A DNA stretch of 64,000 nt from Gemmatimonadota bacterium (GCA_028874335.1 JAPPJY010000013.1:6526-70525), one strand, 5' to 3'; shown: positions 18,175-29,699, counted from the first letter of the stretch. The notes: generated by a model not told the origin, from the sequence alone. Numbers and translations: made by a program.

Positions 18175-19344
18175 ATGGATGAACTCGCTCTGAAATACGG
18201 ATGTAACCCGCACCAGAAACCCGCAAGGATATTCAACCGGCACGGTCCGCTTCCCTTCAGCGTCCTCAACGGTGCGCCCGGGTATATCAATCTGCTGGAT
18301 GCGTTCAATTCCTGGCAGCTGGTGAAGGAACTGAGGGAGACGCTCGACACACCCGCCGCGGCTTCGTTCAAACACGTCAGTCCCGCGGGCGCCGCCATAG
18401 GCGTGCCACTGAACGACGATCTCAAGAAGGCATATTTTGTGGAGGGCATGGACCTTTCGCCCCTGGCCGTCGCGTACGCCCGCGCCAGGGGCGCCGACCG
18501 GCTTTCTTCGTACGGGGATTGGGCGGCCCTGAGCGACCCGGTTGACGTGGCCACCGCCAGACTCCTTCGCCGCGAAGTATCCGACGGGGTCATTGCGCCG
18601 GGCTATCATCCGGAAGCGCTGGATATACTGAGAAAGAAAAAAGGAGGCGCCTACCCGGTCCTTGAAGTCGATCCCGATTACAAGCCCATGGAAACAGAAT
18701 GTCGTGAGGTATTCGGACTCACCTTTGAACAGCAATGCAATGACCTGGATGCCGGCCCGGAGATGCTCGGGAACGTCGTTACCCGACGAAAGGAAATCCC
18801 CCCGGACAAAGCCCGGGATATGCTGGTGGCCACCATAACGCTCAAGTTCACCCAGTCGAATTCCATCTGTTTCGCATTGCAGGGCCAGGCCATCGGCGTG
18901 GGGGCCGGGCAGCAGAATCGGCTTGCGTGTACGGATATTGCCGCCGGCAAAGCCGAAGCCTGGTTTCTGCGCCAGCACCCTGCCGTGCTGAATCTGGATT
19001 TCAGAAAAGGCGCGCGGCGGCCGGAAAAGATAAACGCCATCGAACTGTATCTCAAAGGAGACATGACTCCCGAAGAACAACGTGCATGGCGCGTTTCGTT
19101 CCGCAAGGCGCCGCCGCCCTTCGGCGATGCGCCCAGAAGGGAGTGGCTGCAGCGTCTCGGGGGTGTAACACTGGGCTCCGACGCGTATATCCCCTTCCGT
19201 GACAACATCGACCGCGCCGCCCGTACCGGCGTGGAATACGTCATCCAGACCGGCGGTTCCGTACAGGACGACGTCGTGACCGCGGCCGCGGATCAATACG
19301 GCATGGTCATGGTCAATACCGGGATCAGGCTCTTCCATCATTAG
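18175..19344 (+). CDS. AICAR transformylase-domain protein (PurH C-terminal half only)
   Basis: MDELALKYGCNPHQ...FKHVSPAGAA...ICFALQGQAIGVGAGQQNR...GSDAYIPFRDNID...QTGGSVQD matches the AICARFT core. No MGS/IMP-cyclohydrolase N-domain is present. Confidence 0.8.
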   Translation: MDELALKYGCNPHQKPARIFNRHGPLPFSVLNGAPGYINLLDAFNSWQLVKELRETLDTPAAASFKHVSPAGAAIGVPLNDDLKKAYFVEGMDLSPLAVAYARARGADRLSSYGDWAALSDPVDVATARLLRREVSDGVIAPGYHPEALDILRKKKGGAYPVLEVDPDYKPMETECREVFGLTFEQQCNDLDAGPEMLGNVVTRRKEIPPDKARDMLVATITLKFTQSNSICFALQGQAIGVGAGQQNRLACTDIAAGKAEAWFLRQHPAVLNLDFRKGARRPEKINAIELYLKGDMTPEEQRAWRVSFRKAPPPFGDAPRREWLQRLGGVTLGSDAYIPFRDNIDRAARTGVEYVIQTGGSVQDDVVTAAADQYGMVMVNTGIRLFHH

Positions 19345-19465
19345 CCGGGCGCCCATTTTCCATGAGAGACTTTTTTCAATTTTCTGCCGCCGGACGGAAG
19401 CCAGTCTATCCGAAGGCGACTTCAGCGTATCACGACGAATTGTCGCAAAATGCGACGGTTTTCCA

Positions 19466-19494
19466 TTGACCGCCGCGCGAACGGGCATTATATT
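19466..19494 (+). promoter_or_regulatory. Candidate sigma-70 promoter (TTGACC-N17-TATATT)
   Basis: -35 at 19466-19471, -10 at 19489-19494, upstream of the sigma factor gene. Confidence 0.4.
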
Positions 19495-19634
19495 AACCGC
19501 TCGACGCGGTTGTTTTTTTGCAGTATAGGGCGACCCATTTGCGGACTCCCGGCGTCGAATACCATCGACAGGCTTCCTGTTGAGAGAACGGGTGTACCTG
19601 AGGCACACACCATCGCATATGGAGAACTGGGGAC

Positions 19635-20462
19635 ATGAAAGCCAGGATTTCGGACGGCGACGCGGACATCTATCTGCGCGACATCCGAAAATTCACGCCG
19701 CTGAGCAAAGAAGACGAAGCGGACGTGATCGCGGACGCTCAGAGGGGTAACCGCAGAGCCCTCGATCGTCTCATCACCGCCAACCTGCGATTCGTGGTCC
19801 GAATCGCCCGCGAATACAGCGGACGGGGGCTGCCGCTGTCCGACCTGATTGCAGAGGGCAATCTGGGCCTGATCCGGGCCACACGGACATTCGATCTTGC
19901 GCGTGGGCACAAATTCATCACCTACGCGGTCTGGTGGATCCGGCAGGCCATTCTGTCGGCGCTCAATCGGTGTGTACATCCTGTTGTGTTCCCTGTAAAT
20001 CAAATCGACGATCTCGACGTAATCAACAGGGCCAAAAACGCCCTTTCGCAGTCGCTGGGCCGGATTCCCGATCTGGGCGAACTGGTCGAGAAAACCGGCA
20101 TGCCCCTCAGAAGGCTGCGACGCGCCCTCGAGGCCAACCGAACCACCGTGTCTCTCGACAGTCCCACGCACGACGGTTCCTCGGGAGTATACGCCGATAC
20201 ACTGCCGGCACAGGATTCCCGACCAGACGAGCAGTTTGAGGATGCCCGCATCAAGAAGCTGCTCAAGGAATGCCTGAACCGATTGCCCCAGCGCGAAGCA
20301 AGGATATTGAGTCTGTATTTCGGTCTTGACTCGGATAAGCCGGAGCCACTCGAACGTATCGGGAAGCGCCTGCAGATCAGCAGGGAGCGGGTCCGGCAAC
20401 TCAAAGACAGGGCGCTTGGCAGACTCCGGCTCAATTTTGTACAGGAAAACGTGATTTCGTAG
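19635..20462 (+). CDS. Sigma-70 family RNA polymerase sigma factor (short, group 2/3-like)
   Basis: Region 2 [12 protein letters not shown]...[12 protein letters not shown]...[13 protein letters not shown]. Region 4.2 [18 protein letters not shown]. Confidence 0.9.
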   Translation: MKARISDGDADIYLRDIRKFTPLSKEDEADVIADAQRGNRRALDRLITANLRFVVRIAREYSGRGLPLSDLIAEGNLGLIRATRTFDLARGHKFITYAVWWIRQAILSALNRCVHPVVFPVNQIDDLDVINRAKNALSQSLGRIPDLGELVEKTGMPLRRLRRALEANRTTVSLDSPTHDGSSGVYADTLPAQDSRPDEQFEDARIKKLLKECLNRLPQREARILSLYFGLDSDKPEPLERIGKRLQISRERVRQLKDRALGRLRLNFVQENVIS

Positions 20463-20483
20463 ACAGAAAAAGCGGCACCAACA

Positions 20484-20524
20484 AATAAAGCGGGCGGCCT
20501 GCATGGCCGCCCGCTTTATTTGTA
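20484..20524. terminator. Bidirectional rho-independent terminator
   Basis: AATAAAGCGGGCGGCC-TGCA-TGGCCGCCCGCTTTATTT between the convergent sigma factor and protease genes. Confidence 0.85.
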
Positions 20525-20558
20525 CGGAATCTAACCGCTTACTCTCCGTGGATCCGGC

Positions 20559-21731
20559 TCATTTCTTTGCCGATTGCTGCTTCAACAACTGAATCTCCCG
20601 CTGGAGACGAAGAAACTCCCGATACAGGACCTGGTTGCCATCCTGCATGGAAAGCTGTGACGAGACTGACAACGCGTCATAACCGGCCGCTGGAAATTGA
20701 CCGTGTTCAACAGAAAGTTTGCCCACCTCGACACGCGGCGTATCCGGTTGTTCACCTCGTTTGATCTTCATCCGGACCTCGGTTCCGGGAGTTGTGGAAA
20801 GGACCAGGCTCTGTAGATGCTCGGCGCTTTGAATCTGTTGCTCCTGGAACGAAATGATCAGGTCCCCCCGCACGATCCCGCTGCTCGCCGCGGGGCCGTT
20901 CGGCGCAATGCTGTCGACGCGTACGCCGTGATAGTCGGCATCGTATTCTCCGGTTACGCCCAGCCATCCGTATACCGTCTGTGAACCGTCCAAGAGGCGT
21001 TGGGCAACACGAACTACGCGGTTGACAGGTACCACGAATACGAAGTTTGTCTCCTGCATCATTCGGGAGTCCGGTGCCCCTTCGGGCAGAATACCGGACC
21101 ATGGATCGAGCAGCGCCCAGACCAGGCCGAGAATCTTACCAGTACTGCAGAATACCGGTGCGCCGCCAAAACTGAGATGCACGGGTGCCTCAACGTGTAT
21201 CAGGTCCTGGGCGCGGTCGACCTTGTTAACAACACCAAACGAAGGGGTCAGGTTTCCGAAACTGTTGCCCAGGATAAACGCATAGTGGCCCATGCGGACC
21301 CTGTCGGAATCGCCGATTGCAATCGGTTCCAGGCCCTCGGCTTCAACGCGGATTACCGCCACCTCGGATACCGGATCCGAAGCGACGAATCGGGCAGGGA
21401 GACGACGTCCCGTATGCAGGGTTACCCAGATTTCCTCGGCATCTTTTACGGCACGATGGACGGTTACAATGGTGCCCCGGTCATCCAGGACAAATCCGGT
21501 GCCGTGCATGAATCCCTTGCCGTACTGAAGCCCATCCACGGCCCCTGTCTGGGTATAGCTGGCATGAATGCGGACAACGCCGGCCCGGTTCTTTTCCAGA
21601 ATCTCGGCTCTTTCTTCTTCGATTCCCTTGAGTACGCTCCCTGGACGAGAATACGCCGCACCCGGAACTGACAACAGTATCCCCATTGCTATGGGAAGCG
21701 TCCACAGCATTTTAAACCGTTTTGCTCTCAT
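20559..21731 (-). CDS. HtrA/DegP-like trypsin-fold + PDZ protein with non-canonical catalytic positions
   Basis: Signal peptide, then GTGFVLDDRGTIVTVHRAV (His present). SEVAVIRV sits where HtrA has SD(L/I)A(L/V). LSFGGAPVF sits where HtrA has PGNSGGPL. PDZ segment GWLGVTGE...GIVRGDLIISF. C-terminal coiled coil. Confidence 0.8.
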   Translation of the reverse strand: MRAKRFKMLWTLPIAMGILLSVPGAAYSRPGSVLKGIEEERAEILEKNRAGVVRIHASYTQTGAVDGLQYGKGFMHGTGFVLDDRGTIVTVHRAVKDAEEIWVTLHTGRRLPARFVASDPVSEVAVIRVEAEGLEPIAIGDSDRVRMGHYAFILGNSFGNLTPSFGVVNKVDRAQDLIHVEAPVHLSFGGAPVFCSTGKILGLVWALLDPWSGILPEGAPDSRMMQETNFVFVVPVNRVVRVAQRLLDGSQTVYGWLGVTGEYDADYHGVRVDSIAPNGPAASSGIVRGDLIISFQEQQIQSAEHLQSLVLSTTPGTEVRMKIKRGEQPDTPRVEVGKLSVEHGQFPAAGYDALSVSSQLSMQDGNQVLYREFLRLQREIQLLKQQSAKK

Positions 21732-21764
21732 TGTTCTCGTAGGCTTTCTCTCCCGCTACATTCA

Positions 21765-22367
21765 CTAAAAGGACACCCGGCGTACGTTGGCCATGCGCCT
21801 GCCCGGGCGCTTGCGAACCATCGACGCGGCCTTTGCGGAATCCGCCCGCCCGGCGCGATAGACCTGGCGCGAAACCGGATAGGACGTATTACGGGGCAGC
21901 ATTTTCAGCGCCCCGCGCAGGTCCGCGGCCGGAAACGTCGAAGACGCCGGCGCAACGATCGTCATCTGGTGAACGCGGTCCATGTTGACCGCGCGTGTTG
22001 AAGACGCCTCGTCCAGCCCCGTGGTCATGCCCAGTGCGATCAGCACGACTGCCGCGCACGTTGCCAGCGCTCTCGGCAGCGTCGGGATAAACACATCCGG
22101 CAGCCTGTTCCAGAACGAGGTCTTTTGCGCCGCTTCCATCATCAGGCGGCTGCGAAGCGCAAAATCGAACCCCGCGGACGGCCGTACGCGCGACATCCGC
22201 GCCAGCCGACCCGTAAGGCTCATGACCCCTTCCAGCGAATCGGCGCAGGTGGAGCACTCTTCCCTGTGGCGATCCATCTGCGCCTTCTTTACGCCTGCTA
22301 CCTCGTCTTCGAGATAGGCCGATAATCGGGCCGCAAACTCACCGCAAGTTATGTGACCCTTACCCAT
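21765..22367 (-). CDS. Anti-sigma factor (zf-HC2), single-pass membrane
   Basis: Met at 22367 follows GGAGGAG. HREECSTCADSL (Hx3Cx2C). TM ALATCAAVVLIALGMTTGL. Confidence 0.8.
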   Translation of the reverse strand: MGKGHITCGEFAARLSAYLEDEVAGVKKAQMDRHREECSTCADSLEGVMSLTGRLARMSRVRPSAGFDFALRSRLMMEAAQKTSFWNRLPDVFIPTLPRALATCAAVVLIALGMTTGLDEASSTRAVNMDRVHQMTIVAPASSTFPAADLRGALKMLPRNTSYPVSRQVYRAGRADSAKAASMVRKRPGRRMANVRRVSF

Positions 22368-22434
22368 GAATCTCCTCCGTTGGTCCCATTTCAATTGCAA
22401 ATTCCCGTGTGGTCCGCAAGACGGCGTAACGCTG

Positions 22435-23040
22435 TCAGATCGCCAGCCCCACGTCTCTTCCCTCATTCTTCAGCTTCTGCTGCAGTTTCAGGCGGGCCCT
22501 GTTCACGCGAGACTTGACCGTACCCACCGGACACCGGCTGATCTCTGCTATCTCCTGGTAGGAAAGCCCTTCAACGTCTCGAAGCAGGATGACCTGCCGG
22601 TAGTTTTCCGAAAGCGACATGATCGCCTGATGAATCTGTACATCCGCGATAGCAGATTCCGTGATTCTATCGGGCCGGTAGGACTCGTCCGGCAATTCCA
22701 GCCCCGTATCGCTCTCTTCATCCCGGTGAAGCGGAAACAGCCGCCAGCGTTTACGACGTCTTAACTCACTTTTCGCCAGGTTGCCGGCAATTGTAAACAG
22801 CCAGGTGGAGAAATTCGCGATCGCGCGATATTCATTCCGCTTTCTGTAAGCCCTGAGAAAAGCCTCCTGAACGATATCCTCGGCTGTTTCCCTGTCTCCG
22901 ACAAATCGAAATACAAAGTTGTAAAGCCTTCCTCTGTAACGATTTACAATCTTTCCATACGCTTCGATGTCGCCGTTGGCAACATCAGTTAAAATTTCGA
23001 CATCCGACGCTGCTCCGTTTTCCGTGTTCACCATGAGCAT
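22435..23040 (-). CDS. ECF (sigma-24/RpoE-like) sigma factor
   Basis: Region 2 YRGRLYNFVFRFVGDRETAEDIVQEAFLRAY and region 4 LSYQEIAEISRCPVGTVKSRVNRARLKL. Confidence 0.9.
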   Translation of the reverse strand: MLMVNTENGAASDVEILTDVANGDIEAYGKIVNRYRGRLYNFVFRFVGDRETAEDIVQEAFLRAYRKRNEYRAIANFSTWLFTIAGNLAKSELRRRKRWRLFPLHRDEESDTGLELPDESYRPDRITESAIADVQIHQAIMSLSENYRQVILLRDVEGLSYQEIAEISRCPVGTVKSRVNRARLKLQQKLKNEGRDVGLAI

Positions 23041-23121
23041 GGTCTTTCCCCCCTTTCACCTGCTACATCCTCGGGAATGGGGCATACGAAACCCGCAATC
23101 CGGACAACCTCCTAACGCCAA

Positions 23122-23149
23122 TTAAACCCTCTGGTCTTGGAAAAGTTCC
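23122..23149 (-). promoter_or_regulatory. Possible ECF-type autoregulated promoter (GGAAC-N17-GTTTAA)
   Basis: The minus strand reads GGGAACTTTTCCAAGACCAGAGGGTTTAA about 85-110 nt upstream of the ECF sigma start. Confidence 0.3.
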
Positions 23150-23202
23150 CGAAAAGCGAAAAATCAGCACCGGTAACCACGCTTTCGATCCGGTTTCTCC
23201 GC

Positions 23203-23230
23203 TTGACAACCGCTTTTGATGTGGTATAAT
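23203..23230 (+). promoter_or_regulatory. Near-consensus sigma-70 promoter (TTGACA-N16-TGgTATAAT)
   Basis: -35 TTGACA at 23203-23208, extended -10 TGGTATAAT at 23222-23230. It points toward acs (ATG 23542). Confidence 0.6.
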
Positions 23231-23301
23231 TATAGCCGCTCCATCCAGGAATTGCAAGACCGGCTTTTACCGGCATCGAACGTACCTTTTCATCCGTTTA
23301 A

Positions 23302-23516
23302 CCTCGATTCGCAATTATCCGGGGACAAGAATGTCGAATATATACTGAAGAACAAGGGCGAATTGGCGTCAAGCGTCCCAGATAATTGAGGTCACTGGAC
23401 GTCAAGGGAAATTTCATCCATTCGAACGACCTCAATGCCCGGTTTCGCACCGACACCTTCTGTGCCTTTTGTGCTTTTTGTGGTAAATTCAGCGGTTGTT
23501 TTATTTCGAATTGAGG
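23302..23516 (-). mobile_element. MITE-like element, family A, copy 4 (diverged)
   Basis: Alignable end to end with 58072-58272 (shared blocks ACCxxGATTCG, GGTCACTGGACGT, CTTTTTGxGG.AATT). Ends CCTCGATTCG...CGAATTGAGG. Flanked by TTAA (23298-23301) and TTAA (23517-23520). Confidence 0.65.
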
Positions 23517-23541
23517 TTAATTCCGAGATAAGGGGTTTTCA

Positions 23542-25542
<2,001 letters not shown>

Positions 25543-25562
25543 AATTCAGACTCGATTGCGTA

Positions 25563-25602
25563 AAGTCAAGAGGGAGCCTTGCGGCTCCCTCTTGACTTTT
25601 GT
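25563..25602 (+). terminator. Rho-independent terminator after acs
   Basis: AAGTCAAGAGGGAGCC-TTGC-GGCTCCCTCTTGACTT followed by TTGT. Confidence 0.8.
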
Positions 25603-25624
25603 ATAGAAAGGTCCCGCCCTGAAT

Positions 25625-26326
25625 ATGACCGCGCCGCCCCGGAAATCCGTGCTCCTGCTCTCTGGCGGCATGGATTCCACCACACTTCTCTGGTGGATGC
25701 GAGACCGTGAACTTTCAGAGATCCACACCGTTTCGATCGACTATGGCCAGCGCCACGCGGTTGAACTCGAATCCAGCTCACGGCTCTCCCGGCTGGCGGG
25801 CGCTGACTCCCACCGCTGCCTCAAAGTCGATCTCCGGCAGATCGGCGGGAATCCGCTCACGGACATCGCGCGGCCCGTTCCGGTGGCGGAACAGGACCGC
25901 CAGGCGCTGACCGTTGTGCCTTTCCGAAACATGCTCTTCGTCACGCTGGCAGCCGCCTGGGCGGAGACGAGGGGTTGCACCGATCTCTTTCTCTCGCCTG
26001 TACGGGACGACTTTCAGATCTACCGGGACTGCCGCCGCGAGTTTTACGACATGCTGGAGAAGGCCCTGTGCCTGGGCGCTACACGGCCCAACGACTACCG
26101 TATCCACACCCCGTTCGTGGAAAAATGGAAAGACGAAATCGTGAGGCTGGGCCTGAACCTTGAGGTGCCGTACGCCGAGACCCACACCTGCTATGCGGGC
26201 AAACGCCCCGCCTGCGGCCGCTGCGACGCCTGCGTGGAACGTATCAGCGCCTTTCGCGCCAATCGCGCCGTCGATCCTCTGGCTTACGAGATCGACATCG
26301 ACTGGACGAAATCCGGGACGCGCTAG
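25625..26326 (+). CDS. queC: 7-cyano-7-deazaguanine synthase
   Basis: SVLLLSGGMDSTT PP-loop, IDYGQRH, C-terminal Cys cluster CYAGKRPACGRCDACVER. Confidence 0.9.
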   Translation: MTAPPRKSVLLLSGGMDSTTLLWWMRDRELSEIHTVSIDYGQRHAVELESSSRLSRLAGADSHRCLKVDLRQIGGNPLTDIARPVPVAEQDRQALTVVPFRNMLFVTLAAAWAETRGCTDLFLSPVRDDFQIYRDCRREFYDMLEKALCLGATRPNDYRIHTPFVEKWKDEIVRLGLNLEVPYAETHTCYAGKRPACGRCDACVERISAFRANRAVDPLAYEIDIDWTKSGTR

Positions 26327-27363
26327 GCGTTTTTCAATGCCGTCACAGCCTCGATCAGACGCCGGTCCGCATTGTATCGGAGTTCGAGAATCTGAACGAG
26401 TTTCTCGGGACTCGCGCCCCTTGAGGTTAACCGATAGACTTCAAGCCTGTCCGCCAGCGCGTTCATTACCATATCGAGCAGGATGAGATCCGACGCATCG
26501 TCCTCCACCATACACTCGTCCGCCAGAACGCGGCGGATCACCTTCAGGCGTTCACGCAGCGCCTCTTCGTCTATCTCCTCGACCTTTCCCCGGCTGACCA
26601 ATCGGGTGGATAGCGTCGCAAGGAATCCTTCGCTGAGGTATTTGCGGGCTTTTTCTTCCGTCCACGAGTCTGAAAGGATGTCCGCAACGGAATGCGGGAT
26701 CTGGTCGGCCCTACCCCGATTATCGGCCGAGCCCGCGCCGTCGTTCTGGCGGCGGGGCTGCCGGCGCCGTCTATTTCGGCGTTGGTCCTGCGAAGCGCCC
26801 CTGGCGGGAGCCTCCTGCGTCCTTTCAGCCGCGGCTTCCACGGGCGCGCCCGCGGGAGAATCGGATGGTGGAGCCCCTGCGGCCTCCGTGGTTTCCGCAA
26901 CCGGCTCCGTAGCGGATTCACCGGCGTTCACCGGCTCGGGCGCTACTGTTGCAGTCGTTGACGAATCCGCGGTTTCTTCAGCCTCATTCCCGGTTTGATT
27001 CTGTTGCTCGTCTGTGACTTTGGCCCGTGTCGAGCGCGCCGCGGGCTTTGCAGATGCCCGCGACCGTTTCCCGGGCCGTCGCGATATCACGCGCTTTTCC
27101 GGGACCTCCGCTGTCTTTCCGGTTGGCTCACCTGCATCTTCCGGGGCGTCGGCTTCGGGCTTCTCCTTCTTTTCATCCGCCGATGCGGCCCGGCTTCGAG
27201 TTGTCCTTGCCGGCTTCTTGCTGCCGGTCCGGGTACGCTTGGCGGGCCGCCGCGACACCACGCGCCTTTCGGAGTCTTTTCCTTCTTCCTTCTTCTCCCC
27301 GCCCGGGGCATCGGAGCCGGGTTGATCGTTCTCCTCGGATGGGGAATCTAGAATAACGTCCAT
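26323..27363 (-). CDS. Hypothetical protein: long basic/acidic disordered N-region with repeated RRV(V/I)SRRP(A/G)KR(T/S)R motif plus ~130-aa helical C-domain
   Basis: Met at 27363 follows GGGAGG. Repeats ERRVVSRRPAKRTRTGSKKPARTTRSR and EKRVISRRPGKRSRASAKPAARSTRAK. No recognisable family. Its stop overlaps the queC stop on the palindromic CTAG (26323-26326). Confidence 0.6.
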   Translation of the reverse strand: MDVILDSPSEENDQPGSDAPGGEKKEEGKDSERRVVSRRPAKRTRTGSKKPARTTRSRAASADEKKEKPEADAPEDAGEPTGKTAEVPEKRVISRRPGKRSRASAKPAARSTRAKVTDEQQNQTGNEAEETADSSTTATVAPEPVNAGESATEPVAETTEAAGAPPSDSPAGAPVEAAAERTQEAPARGASQDQRRNRRRRQPRRQNDGAGSADNRGRADQIPHSVADILSDSWTEEKARKYLSEGFLATLSTRLVSRGKVEEIDEEALRERLKVIRRVLADECMVEDDASDLILLDMVMNALADRLEVYRLTSRGASPEKLVQILELRYNADRRLIEAVTALKNA

Positions 27364-27493
27364 ATACCTCCCTTCGAGCCGCAGACGAAACACGACCGGT
27401 CGTTTCGTCTCCAATCCGCTTCACCATTGAACCTGTCCGAAAACATTAAGACGACGCACTAATATAAGCAAATGTGATGACGATTAACCAGAC

Positions 27494-27522
27494 GAAAAAA
27501 GGCCGGCCAGTAAAGGCCGACC
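27494..27522 (-). terminator. Rho-independent terminator after groEL
   Basis: The minus strand reads GGTCGGCC-TTTACT-GGCCGGCC followed by TTTTTT. Confidence 0.7.
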
Positions 27523-27550
27523 CTTGTACTCCCGGCCGATGTTTCGGACA

Positions 27551-29179
27551 CTAATAGTGGTCGTGACCGTGGCCGTGACCCTGTGGCTCTTTTTCCTCTT
27601 CCGGAACTTCCGTTACCAGCGTCTCCGTTGTCAGCAAGAGCCCGGCAATGCTGGCCGCATTCTCAACTGCGGAACGCACGACCTTCGTGGGATCCGCCAC
27701 ACCGGATTCGATCAGGTCTTCGTAGGTTTCGGTAAGCGCGTTGAAACCGAAGGCGCCGTCTCCATCTTTCACCCGCTGAACGACCAGGCTGCCTTCGTGA
27801 CCCGCGTTGTCGGCGATCTTCCTCAGCGGCGCCTCCAGTGCCTTGTTCAAAAGGTCCACGCCGGTCTTCTGATCTCCGCGAACCCTGCTGCGCACCGTGT
27901 CCAGTGACGCCATACAACGCACGAGGGCCACGCCGCCGCCAGGGACGATGCCTTCCTCCACCGCCGCGCGGGTCGCGTGCAGGGCGTCTTCCACCCTCGC
28001 CTTCTTCTCCTTCATCTCTGTTTCGGTTGCGGCGCCGACGTTCACCACGGCCACGCCGCCGGCCAGCTTGGCGAGCCGCTCCTGGAGTTTCTCCCTGTCG
28101 TAGTCCGAGGTCGTTTCCTCGATCTGCATGCGAATCTGGCTGACGCGTCCCTGTATGTCGTCGGTAGAGCCGGCGCCTTCCACGATTGTGGTATTGTCCT
28201 TGTCGATGACGATCCGCTTGGCCTGTCCGAGGTCGTCGAGCTGGATATTCTCCAGCTTGATGCCCAGATCTTCCGAAATCACCCTGCCCCCGGTGAGAAT
28301 GGCGATATCCTCAAGCATCTCCTTCCGGCGGTCTCCGTATCCGGGAGCTTTCACCGCCGCCGCCTTAATGGTCCCCCGGACCTTGTTTACGACAAAGGTC
28401 GCCAGCGCCTCACCCTCAACGTCTTCGGCGATCACCAGCAGCGCCTTTCCCGTCTGCGCCGTTTTTTCCAGCAAGGGGAGCAGATCCTTCATGTTGGACA
28501 GTTTTTTCTCGTGGATGAGGAGGTAGGCGTCTTCCAGATTCGCTTCCATGTCGTCCTGGTCGGTCACGAAGTACGGTGAAATATATCCCCGGTCGAACTG
28601 CATGCCTTCCACAACGTCGAGCGTCGTCTCGATCGACTTGGCCTCCTCGACCGTAATGGTGCCGTCCTTACCCACCTTTTCCATGGAATCCGCGATTATA
28701 TCGCCAATCCCGCTGTCGTTGTTGGCCGAGATTGACGCAACCTGTGCGATCTCCTTGCGGCCCGTGACCTCCTGTGACTGATTCTTCAGAGCCGCGGTCA
28801 CGGCGGACACACCCTGATCGATGCCCCGCTTGATATCCATTGGGTTGGCGCCGGCGGTCACATTCTTAAGGCCCTCGCGGTAGATGGCCTCCGCCAGCAC
28901 CGTTGCGGTGGTCGTGCCGTCGCCCGCCACGTCGGAGGTCTTGGAGGCGACCTCCTTCACCATCTGAGCGCCCATATTCTCATACGGATCGGGCAGTTCG
29001 ATCTCTTTGGCCACCGTTACCCCGTCTTTGGTTACCGTGGGCGAACCCCATTTCTTGCCCAGAACGACATTTCGCCCGCGCGGTCCCAGTGTCGCCTTGA
29101 CTGCCTTGCTCAGAATGTCCACGCCGTCCAGAACCTTTGATCGGGCTTCTATCCCGTAGCTCAATTGCTTGGCTGGCAT
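27551..29179 (-). CDS. groEL: Chaperonin GroEL
   Basis: 542 aa. [13 protein letters not shown]..., [28 protein letters not shown]-terminal Gly/His-rich tail. Confidence 0.98.
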   Translation of the reverse strand: MPAKQLSYGIEARSKVLDGVDILSKAVKATLGPRGRNVVLGKKWGSPTVTKDGVTVAKEIELPDPYENMGAQMVKEVASKTSDVAGDGTTTATVLAEAIYREGLKNVTAGANPMDIKRGIDQGVSAVTAALKNQSQEVTGRKEIAQVASISANNDSGIGDIIADSMEKVGKDGTITVEEAKSIETTLDVVEGMQFDRGYISPYFVTDQDDMEANLEDAYLLIHEKKLSNMKDLLPLLEKTAQTGKALLVIAEDVEGEALATFVVNKVRGTIKAAAVKAPGYGDRRKEMLEDIAILTGGRVISEDLGIKLENIQLDDLGQAKRIVIDKDNTTIVEGAGSTDDIQGRVSQIRMQIEETTSDYDREKLQERLAKLAGGVAVVNVGAATETEMKEKKARVEDALHATRAAVEEGIVPGGGVALVRCMASLDTVRSRVRGDQKTGVDLLNKALEAPLRKIADNAGHEGSLVVQRVKDGDGAFGFNALTETYEDLIESGVADPTKVVRSAVENAASIAGLLLTTETLVTEVPEEEKEPQGHGHGHDHY

Positions 29180-29307
29180 AATTGTCCTCCTGTAAACCCC
29201 AGTGAAAGAAAACCCGTTGGTTCCGGATCCACGGGCGATGTTTCCGGTTCACTATCGCCCATCCCTGCAACGGGATTGAATCACGACTTCCAACTGTACT
29301 GTATCTC

Positions 29308-29598
29308 TTATTCGAGAATACCCAGAATGTCGTCTTCAGAAGCGATCACCAGTTCGTCTCCATCGACCTCGACCTCTGTACCTGCATACTGGCCGATCAA
29401 AACGCGGTTGCCCGCGTTTACAGACACCGGTACGGGATCGCCCGTCTTGTCGTTGACTTTCCCGGGCCCCACAGCGATGACTTCGGCTTCCAGAGGTTTT
29501 TCTTTGGCGGTATCGGGAATGATGATGCCGCCATGGACCTGATCGTCGGCTTCAATCCGCCGGAGAAGAACCCGGTCGGCCAGAGGCTTCACCGTCAT
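29308..29598 (-). CDS. groES: Co-chaperonin GroES
   Basis: 96 aa. MTVKPLADRVLLRRIE...GGIIIPDTAKEKP..., typical GroES. Confidence 0.97.
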   Translation of the reverse strand: MTVKPLADRVLLRRIEADDQVHGGIIIPDTAKEKPLEAEVIAVGPGKVNDKTGDPVPVSVNAGNRVLIGQYAGTEVEVDGDELVIASEDDILGILE

Positions 29599-29665
29599 AA
29601 GCCCCTCCTTCGAATAGAATGGATTCTACGTTAACCCGTTTAATAATAAATATTTTTTCTGACAA

Positions 29666-29692
29666 TTAGCACTCGTTGTAATCGAGTGCTAA
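29666..29692. promoter_or_regulatory. CIRCE operator (HrcA binding site), perfect consensus
   Basis: TTAGCACTC-GTTGTAATC-GAGTGCTAA equals TTAGCACTC-N9-GAGTGCTAA, located 68 nt upstream of the groES start. Confidence 0.9.
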
Positions 29693-29699
29693 CGGGACC

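Noticed and set aside
18097-20504. 503-aa and 338-aa minus-strand ORFs
   Set aside because: They are antisense to the AICAR transformylase-domain gene and the sigma factor gene; both are shadow frames.
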